64,000 nucleotides of DNA, taken from assembly GCF_009914755.1 (NCBI RefSeq), contig NC_060936.1. One strand, given 5' to 3'. The notes beneath the pieces are model-generated. The model made no database searches and was not told where the DNA came from. It saw nothing but the letters and a program-made list of their open reading frames with translations. Both the position numbers and the translations under genes were made by a program. Below are positions 14,286 through 26,765 of this stretch, piece by piece (the first letter of the stretch is position 1; every line of letters starts with the position of its first letter). The stretch comes from the human T2T-CHM13v2.0 reference genome, Homo sapiens.

Positions 14286-14482
14286 ATGTTCCAGCAGAAG
14301 ATGACCCTTCCCCTTGTGCGCTGGAAACGGGCCACGGGCGGCAGTGCCAGAACGGCACGGTGTGCAAGCCCGGCTGGGATGGTCCCAAGCACGGCATCAC
14401 CAACTTTGACAACTTTGCCTTCGCCATGCTCACGGTGTTCCAGTGCATCACCATGGAGGGCTGGACGGACGTGCTGTACTGG
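14286..14482 (+). CDS. CACNA1C: CACNA1C exon 7 (197 nt; domain I extracellular loop and pore loop)
   Basis: Boundaries ccatttgag|ATGTTCCAG...TACTGG|gtacgt. Encodes (D)[65 protein letters not shown]. Selectivity-filter Glu codon GAG is at 14456-14458 and an N-G-T sequon starts at 14351. Confidence 0.97.
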
Positions 14483-15104
14483 GTACGTAGCATGAGTGGG
14501 CAGTCAGAGGGTGGGGGAACAGCGGCCGTGAACCCTTCCCTGACACCTCCCTTTCTCCTCCTCCCCATGGTCTTGGGGTCACATACGCATCTTGATGGAA
14601 TGGTTGATGAAGAGCGTCTTTGATTTCTTCCAGGTCTTGCCTGAGAAACAAGGCATGAGCTTTTCACCCTAACGAGTCCCCTCCCCCACCCGCCAGCCTT
14701 AGGGGAAGGTCATTTTTCCAGTGCGTCCCACAGTGCAAAACCCTGGTGTGCAGGCATGGATGAGCTGGCCAGGCTGGCACAAGGGTTCCGTTCAACTCCT
14801 CCTCCCATGCAGAGTTCCTTCTGCCCTCATCCTTTTCTTGCCTCTTTCCTCAAAAGGGAGCTAGAAGGCAGAATTATGTATTCTTAGGGCAGAAGAGAAG
14901 AAGTCCTGATCTTCTAAAAAGAAGTTATATAAAGAAACCATTTTTATTGAATTGTGTAGCATTGTGACATGCTATTCAATTTTTACTTTTTATTTTACTC
15001 TTACCTTAACATATTAGAATAGTCCATCAGACAAATGCATTGGCAGCATTTTTACTATTCCCCAAACATGCTGCTGGTCATGTGATGCCTATTTAGAAAT
15101 ACAC

Positions 15105-15247
15105 TTTTTTTTTTTAATTTTTATTTTACTTTAGGTTCTGGGATACATGTGTAGAACGTGCAGGTTTGCTGCATAGGTATACATGAGACATGGTGGTTTG
15201 TTGCACCCATCCACCCGTCATCTATTAAGCCCCACATACATTAGGTA
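15105..15247 (-). mobile_element. Short 5'-truncated L1PA 3' end, antisense
   Basis: Poly-T followed by ttaggttctgggatacatgtgtagaacgtgcaggtttg...catggtggtttgttgcacccatc. Imperfect TSD AGAAATAC(C)ACT at about 15095 and 15249. Confidence 0.88.
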
Positions 15248-17121
15248 GAGAAATACCACTTCTCGAGAGCCACCCAATCAATAGCAAATCTTCGTTTACC
15301 TTAAAGTTGCCCCTTTTATTACCCAGTAGCCAACACTACTTTGCTGCGCTTTGAGCCTCTGAAGTGCCAGATTTTTGTACAGCCTACCCCACAGGCAAAT
15401 CCACACTCCATATTTGAGCTGTCTCGATTCTGGCAAAGTCCATTATTAGGAAAAACTCCAGAAAATTTATTCTTCATAGTGTCTCCAACTTCAGCCTGAG
15501 AAATGACTTGCCAGAATCCAGTGTTGTTCTCCAGAATTTGGGCGAATAAAGCATGCTGCCAGTCTTAAAAATACCATCTCCTTCAGAGTTTTGCAAATAG
15601 GCAAATTTATTTGGCCATCGTGAAAACAATCTAAGAGCCTGCTCAGGGAACATGTCTACAAACCAAAGCAGGGAAGAGTGAGAGGGGAGCAAATGCTTCC
15701 CGTTGAGCAGAGCTGCCAGATCAAAAGGAAATCATGCCAAGAGAGGCGTTGACTTCTTCCTGAATCGGAAGGAAGAGTTTTGTAACTGTACGGAGATTTG
15801 GTGCACAGTATTCTGTCATATGATTTCTTTAAAAGCACCATGTCCTGTTGATTCAGAATCCCTCTTTCTCAGTTTTTACATGATAGTCAATATGCCAAAC
15901 CCCAGTGTTGCTATGACATGTGTCCCTCCCTCTGTAAGTGACAACTTGAAACTTGCCCGAGGACCTTGTACCCAGCAAACATTTCCTGAGTGTCCTTGCC
16001 TGCCAGGGGTGCTCCTAGGCTCTGAGGATTCAGTCATAAATAAGATCCAGTCCAGTCCAATTATCTCAGTCTAGGAAGCCAACTAAACTCTAAACTGAGT
16101 AATGGCAGTATGGCTGGACCCATGCCGCGGCAAAGCTGCTGTGTTGTGATACTTTCAAAAAGAAGACAAAGGTCAGAACCCCTCTGCCTCAAACTAAAAT
16201 GAAACACTGGAAAACATTTCTGAGATTCATGCTCAATAAGACCTTGGTTTTGAATAATTTGTAAGACAGAAGGAATTGAACTTATTACACTTAGGGAAAC
16301 TTATTTTGTTTAGCAAAGCAGACAAAATTCCCAAGTGGACCTAGCTGGTCCTTCTTCCTGGGGTGGGTCCCTCTGACCAGCCAAGGACAGAAACATCCTT
16401 CTGCCAACAGGCAGTTTCTGCCTACAGGCCACATAGGATAAATGATTGTGTGGGACTGTGCTTTGGGGCCTCATCCCATAAGCTTCAGGCCCATGCATTC
16501 CATGGCATCAAACTGAGGGCAGGTGGCAGTGGAGGGTGGGTGGAGGGTAGGAATAGATATGACTGCCTTTGCTGATGTATTTTTGTGTTCTTCCTTCACC
16601 ACTCCCTTCTTCTCCCACCACCACAAGTCATTGATGCCCCACCAGCCAGATGTGATCCAAAGAAATACTGTCATAATGACAGCCGGGGCGGGGAGCAGAA
16701 GCAGCAACAACTGCAACCACCAATTTTCAGCAGCTGTGTTGTGCCTTCTCCCCTGGGGAGCGTGTGATAGTGCTCAGGCTGGGAATGGAAACAGTGTCAG
16801 AGGTGAAGAAACAATCCCAGGCTCATGGGACATGCCTCTCTCTGATTTTCCCAGCACCTTCCCAAAATGGCCATGTTGTGTGTGTGTGCATTTGTATGTG
16901 TGTGCACGCCTGCAAGTGTGTATACACACACGTGTACTTACACACACCTAAAACTGAAACTTGGGTATTCATGATAGAAGCCCTGCCTAGCCCAGTGCTC
17001 CTGCTTTCAATTTCTCTAATTGCTTTGACCTTTCTACGGCTGTTTCTTCCTTCTTCCTCCCTCTCCCTCTTCCTTTCTCTCCAGTGTCCCTCCTCCTTAG
17101 CTTCTAGGCCAGTATCTCTAA

Positions 17122-17304
17122 AGCACAGACTCTCAAATCTCAAAATGTTCTAGCATCAAACATAGAGCTTTGTAAATATAAAAATACCCAAACCTCCCTC
17201 AGAGCCGTTGAATTAGAAGCTCTAAAGTCGGGGCCCCAGTATCTGCATTTTGAAAAAGCTCTCCAGGTGATTCTGATTTCCAGGCTGGAGTTTGAAAACG
17301 CTGG
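17122..17304. mobile_element. MER5-type hAT-Charlie DNA transposon relic
   Basis: ...ggggccccagtatctgcattttgaaaaagctctccaggtgattctgat...gtttgaaaacgctg. Confidence 0.7.
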
Positions 17305-19057
17305 AAATCTAACCTATTGAACCTCATGGTGCTGGTATGATGCTGCTGGCTTTGAACCCTTCTAAGGAGATAGTTTCCACAGGGAGGAGGGGGAAATAAG
17401 GCCTTTCACTCAGAAGAATGAATTGTCCTTCAGGCACAAGGGCAAGTCTAAAGGACTTGAGAAGGAGCAGCCAAGATTTTCAAATATAGTAATGCATGGA
17501 AACCCCAGAGCTCCATTCATTCTAAATCACCAAACAGCTGGAAAAGAGTAAGTCACTAAAGCATCAAAGAAGCGATTGGTCAGCCGCTGGTTATGGCCTG
17601 AGATAGAAGGGATCAGGGAAGGCACCTAGCAGATGGCAGCACTTGCTTCCGGTTGTGGATGATACAGTATCTTTCTCTTTTCCTCTGACATCCGTTATTG
17701 CATTCCATTGTTACGATTTTAAAGAGTGGACTAAAAATAAAATCAGACTTGGTCGAGTAATACTTGAACATTGCTTCAGCTATGAAAGCCATTGGCCATG
17801 CATTGCATTGAGGCTCCAACAAGCCGAGCAATTTGCTGAAAACATTTCTTCTACCTAATATCCTGTTTGAGGAGTGTGCAGATGACAGAATAAGGAAGGG
17901 TGGATACCGGGGATTTGGAAATGAAACAAAACTCGGGTTTGGTGTATAGTTTCCTTAGGAAATTACTTCTTAAGCCAAAGGCTCATCCTTTACTCTCAGA
18001 ATGTCCAAGACTCTTAAAAACAGATGGGTAGGTGTGGGGAGTGTGATCAGATAAAAAGCGCTGGCCTTCTTCAGAGGCAGTGAAGCACCAAGGAGGGAAG
18101 AACCTAATGTGTAACGTTACCATTGTTTTCCATTCTTAGTTTCACGTTTTGTTTTTTTCAAAAATCTAAACATCCCTAGCCTTTTGCACATCATTCAAGG
18201 CTGCTTGTCTCCCATGGTCTACGCATGAGCCATCTCAAAGATGTAAAGTCTGCTGGGTCAGCCTCCTTTGCAGGACCTTGTCGATAGGATTCATAGGCAT
18301 GCTCTGAGAATTCCAGTTGGTTTGAAACTCTGAGCATGACCTCTTACACACTGTGGGCAGTCACAATCAGGTAACAGAAATATCCATCAATTAAACATCT
18401 TTTCAGTGCTGACTTTGTGTTCAGCACTTGAGATGAGGCCCCTGCTCATGGGAAACAGAATGACATGGCCACTGATAGGGGTTGGGGACACACGCAGAAC
18501 GTTGCAGGTGAGAATTGTGGAAGGGGGGCAGCAGCTAGACTAGGCATCACACTAGAGGATGTGTTTCTAGCTCTTTAGGAATCTCAATGCCTGGATAATT
18601 CATCAGGAGCATTCTGTTGACTTCTGTCCACCCCATGCCCTTCTGGGATCCCCAAGAATGTTGCACACTGTGAACCACAGTAAAGAGCCTCTGGCCCGCG
18701 TTATCCTGGGTTCATGCCCCTTCCCATCCTATTGGGACCACCCTCTTCCTGACACCACCCATTGCCCCTGCATTAGTTTCTCCGTGATCAGTTCTTCGAC
18801 TGATTTTTTTTTACAAGTTAAAAATTAAACTTAAAAATTAGGTTATAAAAAATACTTAATGAGAAATCATCTAAAAGAAAGATTTTTTTAGAGTCACAAA
18901 TAGTGTGTTCTCTAGAACCTGGAATTTGTTTTGGTTCAGCCAACAGGAGACTCTTGGAACAAAAATCTAATGAGTTAACTTTTCATAAGTCACTTGTCAG
19001 CTCCACCCTTCATCTTGCCATCCCACTATGTGTCTGGATGTGCGGAGAAGGTATTTC

Positions 19058-19066
<9 letters not shown>

Positions 19067-19112
<46 letters not shown>
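19067..19112. repeat. (CA)23 microsatellite
   Basis: Read directly from the sequence. Confidence 0.97.
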
Positions 19113-19113
<1 letters not shown>

Positions 19114-22033
19114 CAGCTATTAATCTCTTGGTATTGGTGCTGCTGAAATATCCCTCGTTTATGACAAAGACCTTTTGCATCCAAGCAGGTTGAATTGGGT
19201 GTTTTACCCTATTTTTGTCTACTCCATCTTCACAAAGCCACCTCCTTTCACTGCAGAATATAGAGTTGCTGAAGGCTTCATAAAAGTTAGAGCTGAATTC
19301 TGCTGATGACCTAGGAGTCATTCTAAGTGAGGAGCTGAGAAACCCTCAAGTAACCCAGAAACAGTGTCCAGGGCCCTTTCTCAGGTATCGGAGTAGAGAC
19401 CGTGTTAGGACCTCTGTGGTCCCTGACTTTTCACCTGCCTCCGTGCTACCCCCAGGGTGCACCTGTTGCCTAAAATGGAGAATCCCTGATCTAAACAGTA
19501 AACTGGCTGTTCAGAAGCATATCAAGGAAGAGAGTCAGCATCTCTCAAAGCCATTCTTTATTTATTTATTGGGTTTCATTTTATTTATTTTGCTGGTATT
19601 AGATGAGTCCTTATGATTCTGTAATTTAATTTAGCAAACATTTATTGAGCATTTGCTGTTTCCTGGGACGAGGGATGTGGGAGCACAGAGAAGAATAAGG
19701 CCTGCCCAGGCAGTTCAGGTCTAACTAAAGAGTTGCAGGACATGCGGAGGAACACAGCTGAGCCATGGGGGTCAGTGCCCTCTGTGGGAGCAGGACAGCC
19801 CTGAGGGGCACAGAGCACTCCAGGACCAAGTGGGGCTTTACTGGACCAGGAGAGAAGGCTCTTCTGCCTGGGGAAAGCAAGCTTTGTCTCAGTTTGGGAG
19901 GCCGCAGAGACCTGGGTTTTAGGTTCTCTCAACATTGCTATGGCTGTCAGCCAGTTGTCTCCTGCACAGGTCTTCACACACTGGGGCCCACTACTCTCTA
20001 TGACAGCTCCCAACCTCCCACATGATGTCAGCACATGAGTCCATCTGATTCCAGGGAGTTTGAAATGCATGGAGGAGCTTATTTTGTTGGCTTGCCTTGG
20101 TGTTAGGAGCTTGTTGTTTTCTTCCCCCATGTAAACTAAGCTTTTACCTGGGCTCTGAGGCACTCCCGGGTTTTCAGCACTCAATAAGCAGGTGCAGGGG
20201 TGGGGAGCAGCCAGGTGGAGCCTGTTCCACAACTTCCTGCTCACTTGGTGCTCCGTGAGGTAGCTGCCCGTGTCCCAGCAAGCAAGGTGACATAGATTCT
20301 GAAAGCCGCAGGTTGATGGAGCTATTGCCCTGAGCTGACTGGTGTTCACTGGCAGCAGCAGATCCTGTCCCCCAGTGACAGTGTAAAGCACCGTGGCTTT
20401 CACAGATTTACACCTCCTGCCTTTCGATGGCAGGTGTCAGCCTCTCTCTCGACATTTGCTGAAACGATTCAGCCTTTTTGGATCCACAGTGCCTGTGCCA
20501 AGAACCTTACAGGAAAGGTACACACAGCTTGAGAACCCGTGGAAGTCTGCTGGGCTGGGGAGTTGGCCTCGAGGAGAGGGGCTAGGGAAGCTTATTCCCC
20601 TGTTTATCTTTTTGGGGAAAGATAAAAAGTGGACTTGAGGGTTTAAATCTGGGGTTCCCTTCAAGGAATTAGATGCTGGTTGCCGAAAGGTCTTTGATAG
20701 TGTTCATTCAATGCTCCCTCCCTTTGTAGTGAGGCTGTTTCAGCCAAGGCAGGGGCCGTCCTGCCAGTACTTGGGCCTGGAGGCCCTCAAGGCTACAGAC
20801 AATGAGCTGACTTTCCTTAGGAAAGTCAGGAGACCTGAGGAACACGGCTTAATGGCTCTAGAAGACCTATCCCTTATTTCACCTCTAAATAAGGGTGTCA
20901 GCAATCTGGGTCATTTTTTTTTTTAAATCTGACTTTATTCTTTGTCTTCTTAATAGCTCCATTTCAGCTGCTTTAGGACATCAATCTCATGACTCCAGGC
21001 ATCGCCCTACTTCAGAGCCACCCAGCCTTGTGTGCTCTCTACTCAGCTGTCCCCCCAAAGTAGGTGGACCAGAATAAAGAGGAGAAAGTAAGAGGGAAGT
21101 GAAAGGAGAACTTTCCTTTCAGACCAGAGCCAGGCAGGCCAGAGAATCACCTTCTGTGGCAGCCGAGCATTGCTCACCCAGGCAGTGGGGTTCTGAGGAC
21201 CACCCTGGCCTCGTCCGTCTCCATCTCTCATCTGTCCTCCTGCTTCCTGCCCTCGCCTGCTGTTCCCCATCTCGAACCTCTAAAAAACCAGCCCACAGCC
21301 CAGGGGGGACCAAAGCAGCAGTGTGGGACGGCGAGGGGGACCCATGAGTTTCCTCTTATGGTCCTGGCTGTCTGTGGGGCCATGACCTTGAGGTCTGTAG
21401 CTCCCCCTTTGAAGTCCTTCATATGCTGGAAGCCTCTCACCTTGTGTGTGGCGCAGAAGAAAGGATTCCCAGACTAAGCTCGGGCCTTAGGAAATCTCCA
21501 AGGCGCGTGGGTTTGTGTGGCCTCCAAGGCTGCATTTTCTGTGAGGTTAAATGTTCACAAAATTTAAGGGGTGTGAGGAACTAGTGAGGAAAGATTTCAT
21601 TTTGAGGAAGTTGCCTGGGCGCCATCGAGCCCAACTCCCACTCGCCATCTGCCCAGGCTCCAGAGGCAGCTTTGGGAGGGGAACTGTGGTGAGCACGTCG
21701 TGGCCTCCTGGAACTGGCTGCTCCCACGTGTCCTGAAGAAGGTGGGGTCTGTGACCCAGAGAGGAGCAAGGGGAGTTTGCCAAGAACAGACATCCTCTGC
21801 CACTCTTGATCCCCTGACGCACACGGGGCAAGCTCCTTTGGGGTCGAACAGAACAGACCAGTTGTTTGGAGTAGGTCAGTACCATGGGGTTCTGCACGCG
21901 CTTCAGGGTGCCGGCGTGCCCTCGAGGCTGTCTGCAGGATGCTGTGTGTGTGCAGTGCACATTACTGCTGGTGGGAGTCCATAGTTCTCAAAAGCTTTTC
22001 CTGACTGCCCCACCCTCTCAAAAAAGTAAAGCA

Positions 22034-22334
22034 GGCCGGGGGCAGTGGCTCATGCCTGTAATCCCAGCACTTTGGGAGGCCGAGGTGGGCGGATCACGAG
22101 GTCAGGAGATCGAGACCATCCTGGCTAACACGGTGAAACCCCGTCTCTACTTTTAAAAAAAAAAAATTAGCCAGGTGTGGTGGCGGGTGCCTGTAGTCCC
22201 TGCTACTCGGGAGGCTGAGGCAGGAGAATGGCATGAACCCAGGAGGTGGAGCTTGCTGTGAGCCAAGATCACGCCACTGCACCTCCAGCCTGGGCGACAG
22301 AGTGAGACTCCACCTCAAAAAAAAAAAAAAAAAA
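22034..22334 (+). mobile_element. AluY, full length
   Basis: AluY diagnostic text (gagatcgagaccatcctggctaacacggtgaaacccc), A-tail, and TSD AAAAAGTAAAGCA (22021-22033 and 22335-22347). Confidence 0.96.
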
Positions 22335-23969
22335 AAAAAGTAAAGCAATACTCATTTAGAGGAAAAGAAAGGGACTGCTTCTGACCCTCCTTAGCAGGAC
22401 TTACTCTGAGAGAGGAAAAGCTACAAGGACACCCACAGGCTCCCCCTGACCTTGGATCCAGGTTTCCCTCTTCCTCGGCAGGTGCCTGGGACTCCCATTC
22501 CAGGGCTGTCTCAACCCCATTGCCTTCCCTGTATCAGAGAGTCCGATACACAACAGAACCCTTACACAAGTAGGCGCTCAGTAAATACTTGTTGAACAAA
22601 CGTGGACTCTGATGTGACCACTGCTAAGAATAGTCAAAGAATGACCTCACGGTTCCCATCGTCAAATGGGACCTGCAGACCACAGCCCATCGTGGCCAGC
22701 ACGGCTGTCAGTGTGGCCTGTGGTCAGGCAGCTCATGTGGCTCTCATGCCTTTCTCTCCCTAATCTCATGTCACCAATCCCACCCATCCTGTATTGGCTC
22801 GGGTTTGTTTTTCTTCTCCTGGTGCTGAAGTCTGGTGTGGTTTCCTTTGCACTGTTGGTTCAGACAGTTACCTTATCGCTAAAGGAAAGCTCCCAGGCTC
22901 CCTGGGATGGGGACAGTGTCTGACACACAAGGACCTTTCACCCTGCCTCTCCTAACAGCTGCTGTTTTGCTGGATATTTTAGTAGTTCAGCCACTGGGAG
23001 AATCTTTGCAGCCAGGATGGCCTCACAGCCATAGGCTCTATTTTTAACAATTGCCGACTTCTGCAAACCTCCATTGCTATCATAGGACCACATGGACTCT
23101 GGGGCTTCCTTCCTGCTCTTTATCTCCGTTGCCTTCAGTGGCTGTGCAGTGCAAGGTTGACACAGGCCTGCTGAGCCTGGCCCTTGCCCCCCTCAGCCTC
23201 ACGCAGACACTCTTCCACTGGTGGAAGCCTTCTGGGACCCTGCGTGCTTCCTTCTGCAGTTGCAGCTGCCAGCCTGCACTGTAGCTGCCTGGTCATTTCC
23301 TGTCTCCCCTCCAGCAAGGATTTCGTGTTTACAGCACAGTACCTAGCACATATCAGGTTCACTCATTCACTCAAAGAGCGTTAGCTGAGGACCTACTATG
23401 TGCGAGGCATCGTTGTAGGCACCTGGGGTACACCCGTGAACAAAGCAGGCCAGAACCAACTGTCCTCGGGGAGCTCACATTCTAGCATGGAAGACAAACA
23501 GCAAATAATACACGTAATAAATAGGTAATGATACAGTTACCAAGTGAGAAGTGCTCTGGGAAAGCAAACCAGATGTGAGAAAATGGGCATGCTCAGTAAA
23601 CCCACGTTCAATTGAATTTCACGATGGCATGGCCAAGTGGGCACACACTGGGAATCTTCTTGCCCCAGACACGATATTTGCACTATGCACAATGATTATG
23701 TTGGGTGAATTTTCCTAACCAAAATTTAGTAATATCAGATACATCTCAATGGATCTGTAAAGAACATATTGGGATGTAACACTTCATACCAGTCAGACTA
23801 GCTAGGTGTCTCGGTACTTCTCAGTCTTTTATTCCCGGCATGCAGAGAACATGTTTATCCAGCGTACTTAGACAAATGCATGTGGCTGCTGAAGCTGCAA
23901 AGCCCAAGGGCTGAGGGTATTACTATCCCACCTGCCTGAACTCCTTTGAGGCCCCTGGGTGGAAATCGT

Positions 23970-24391
23970 GGGGTGGTTATCAAACTTGAGCATAGCCTAG
24001 AATCACCTGGGATGGTTAATATGCAGACTGTGGGCCACCCTGAGATCTTGGGGGCATGGGGCAGGAATCTGCTTTGTTCATAACTCTCCCAGATGTTTCT
24101 GATGCTGGTGGTCCTTGGACCACACTTTGAGGAACACTGCTATGCAACCTTGTGGAGGTACATGGAGAGCCACACACTTCTGTTGTTACATTTGAAATTG
24201 GGAGCTATGGAGAGAACAATGTGATCAGTGGTGCTCAAGCATGCATCAGAATCACCTGTAGGGCCGTCAAAACGTGGGTTGCTGGGCCTTCCCCACAGTG
24301 TCAGGGTGAGGTCTAGGTATGTGCATTTCTGAACAGGTCCCCAGGTGACGCTGAAGCTGTTCGTCCATGGGCCACACTTTGAGAGCCATTG
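23970..24391. mobile_element. Two adjacent same-orientation MER5A-like elements (about 23970-24140 and 24226-24391)
   Basis: Each has gaatcacctg...tgatgctg/gacgctg...ccacactttgag termini. Confidence 0.7.
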
Positions 24392-24605
24392 ATGTGAATC
24401 ATTCAGGACACTTGTGTGCCTTGGAAGTTTGGGTTTCTATGAGCTAGTTTCACAAGGACAAAGTTGGGTGCATTTTTAGGAAGCCAGAACTTAACCCTGT
24501 TTAGTCAGAAGGCATCAGAAGAGATAGCTTTGAGAAACTAAATCAGAATAAATTTCCTCTGATGGAAGCACAGCTCTGCAATTTATCTTCACGTCCACCC
24601 TCCAG

Positions 24606-24813
24606 CCAGTGGTGAGCTAATAAATGTTTAAGCATCTCTTCTTAGGGTCAGCGGGTACAGGGGGCTGATTTATTGCTTGCCTATCTCTGTGGTGTAAATA
24701 CTTCCACCATGGTCAGTTTCAAGCTGCCAGTGTGGTCAACGAACACGGAGCTGGGAAGAGATGTGCACGGTGAGCTCCCCTCAGCCCCCAGGAGCCAGCT
24801 CCGGCGCACCACT
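24606..24813. mobile_element. MER63-like hAT-Blackjack relic
   Basis: ccagtggtg...taaatgtttaa...gtggtgtaaatacttccaccatgg...gggaagagatg...caccact. Confidence 0.65.
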
Positions 24814-25324
24814 CCCTCTGGCTGCCGTAGGGGTTTGTGACCTTTCAGGGCGTTCTCCACCATTCAGTAGTTACAGTCAGTTTCCACATTAAGGACCATT
24901 TACCCCTAAGCTGTGGTTGCAGTCACAGGACCCTTCTCTGAATACATAAACCAAAATGATTGCCTCTCCCAGCCGGTGGCCCGCAGTACGTGTGAAGCAC
25001 TGGGGTTTAGCCTCTAACTTCCGGGCTTGGCCCACGGTCCAGGTGGCCAAGGTTATCTTCTGAGGAAGGTTATCTTTCCTCACACCTCCTCTGTGGTTTC
25101 AGTTCTCCAGGCCTGTCAGCAGGAGCTGACGCACTTCATACACCAAGGTCAGGGGCCTCCGGGTGCAACAGAAGGCTTAATGTCCAGGCAAACCCAAGTG
25201 AGTTAAACCATCCCATGCTGAAGAAATTATTTTTTGAGGTGACCCATTTTCTCAGACAAGTGAATAGGAAACATTGGAGAAATGTTTCTTTTTCAGAAAA
25301 TAAAACCACAGAGAGACAGAGTGA

Positions 25325-25645
<321 letters not shown>

Positions 25646-25823
25646 TAAGCTGACCGTTTCTATGTCCTCTCCACAACGCAGCCGAGCAAGGTCTCAGGTT
25701 CCACTCCGTACATGCCCGGGGTCCTCAGGGATGGGACCCTGACAGGCCCAGGAAAACCACAACAAAGCCTCTGTTCAACCACAGATTCTGACCCATTGGC
25801 CAGGCAGGCTGTTTGGCCTCTGA

Positions 25824-26051
<228 letters not shown>

Positions 26052-26623
26052 TAAGCAGGACCAAGGAAAAAGGTCTTGATTTTTCCATTTATTTTTATTT
26101 ATTCTTTCTGCTATTCCTGGCTGTATTCTTTTTCTGGCTCTGATGAACCTGGGATAAGGGGTCACCACAGGAGCCTTGAAGTGGATGTCCTTGTCCTGGC
26201 TGGGTAAAGGGTCAGATGTGCCACTGGTCTTGGTGGTGGACAATGGAGGAGAGCTGGCTTCACCACAAAAAGTGGGTCCAGCTGGCCCCTCCCAGCCTCA
26301 AGTAGCTGTCCAGGCAGGCAGGGCACTTCTCCTTGTGCCTTCGTGGCCTCTGGTGAACAGGCCTGGGTAAGAAAAGACTGGTTTAAAACATAAACAAAGA
26401 CAGACTCAAAATCTAATTCTCATTTTACTTCATAGACTGAGCAGTCTATCTCTGAGTTTCCTTTTCTGAATGGAAAGGACCCTTAACTGTTTAAAGCCAT
26501 ATATTATTTAAGAATAGAGGAGATGGGATGCAATTTCCTCTAACTTTATATCTAGTTGGCTGCAAGTATCACATCTACCTAATTTCAGCCCTTGCTCAGA
26601 TGAAGTTAGAAGTGGTAGAAGTA

Positions 26624-26765
26624 ACCGGGCATGGTGGTGCACACCTGTAGACCCAGCAACTCAGAAGGCTGAGACAGGAGGATCACTTGAGCCCAGGAGT
26701 TCAAGGCTGCAGTGAGCTATGATCGTGCCACTGCACTGCAGCCTGGGCAACATAGCGAGACCCCA
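26624..26765 (+). mobile_element. FRAM/FAM-type Alu monomer with no A-tail
   Basis: Single right-arm-like monomer ending ...gcaacatagcgagacccca, flanked by TSD TGGTAGAAGTA (26613-26623 and 26766-26776). Confidence 0.9.

Noticed and set aside
19642-20403. 253-aa antisense ORF
   Set aside because: No recognisable domain, composition like random GC-rich intron, and partial overlap with degenerate repeat-like sequence.
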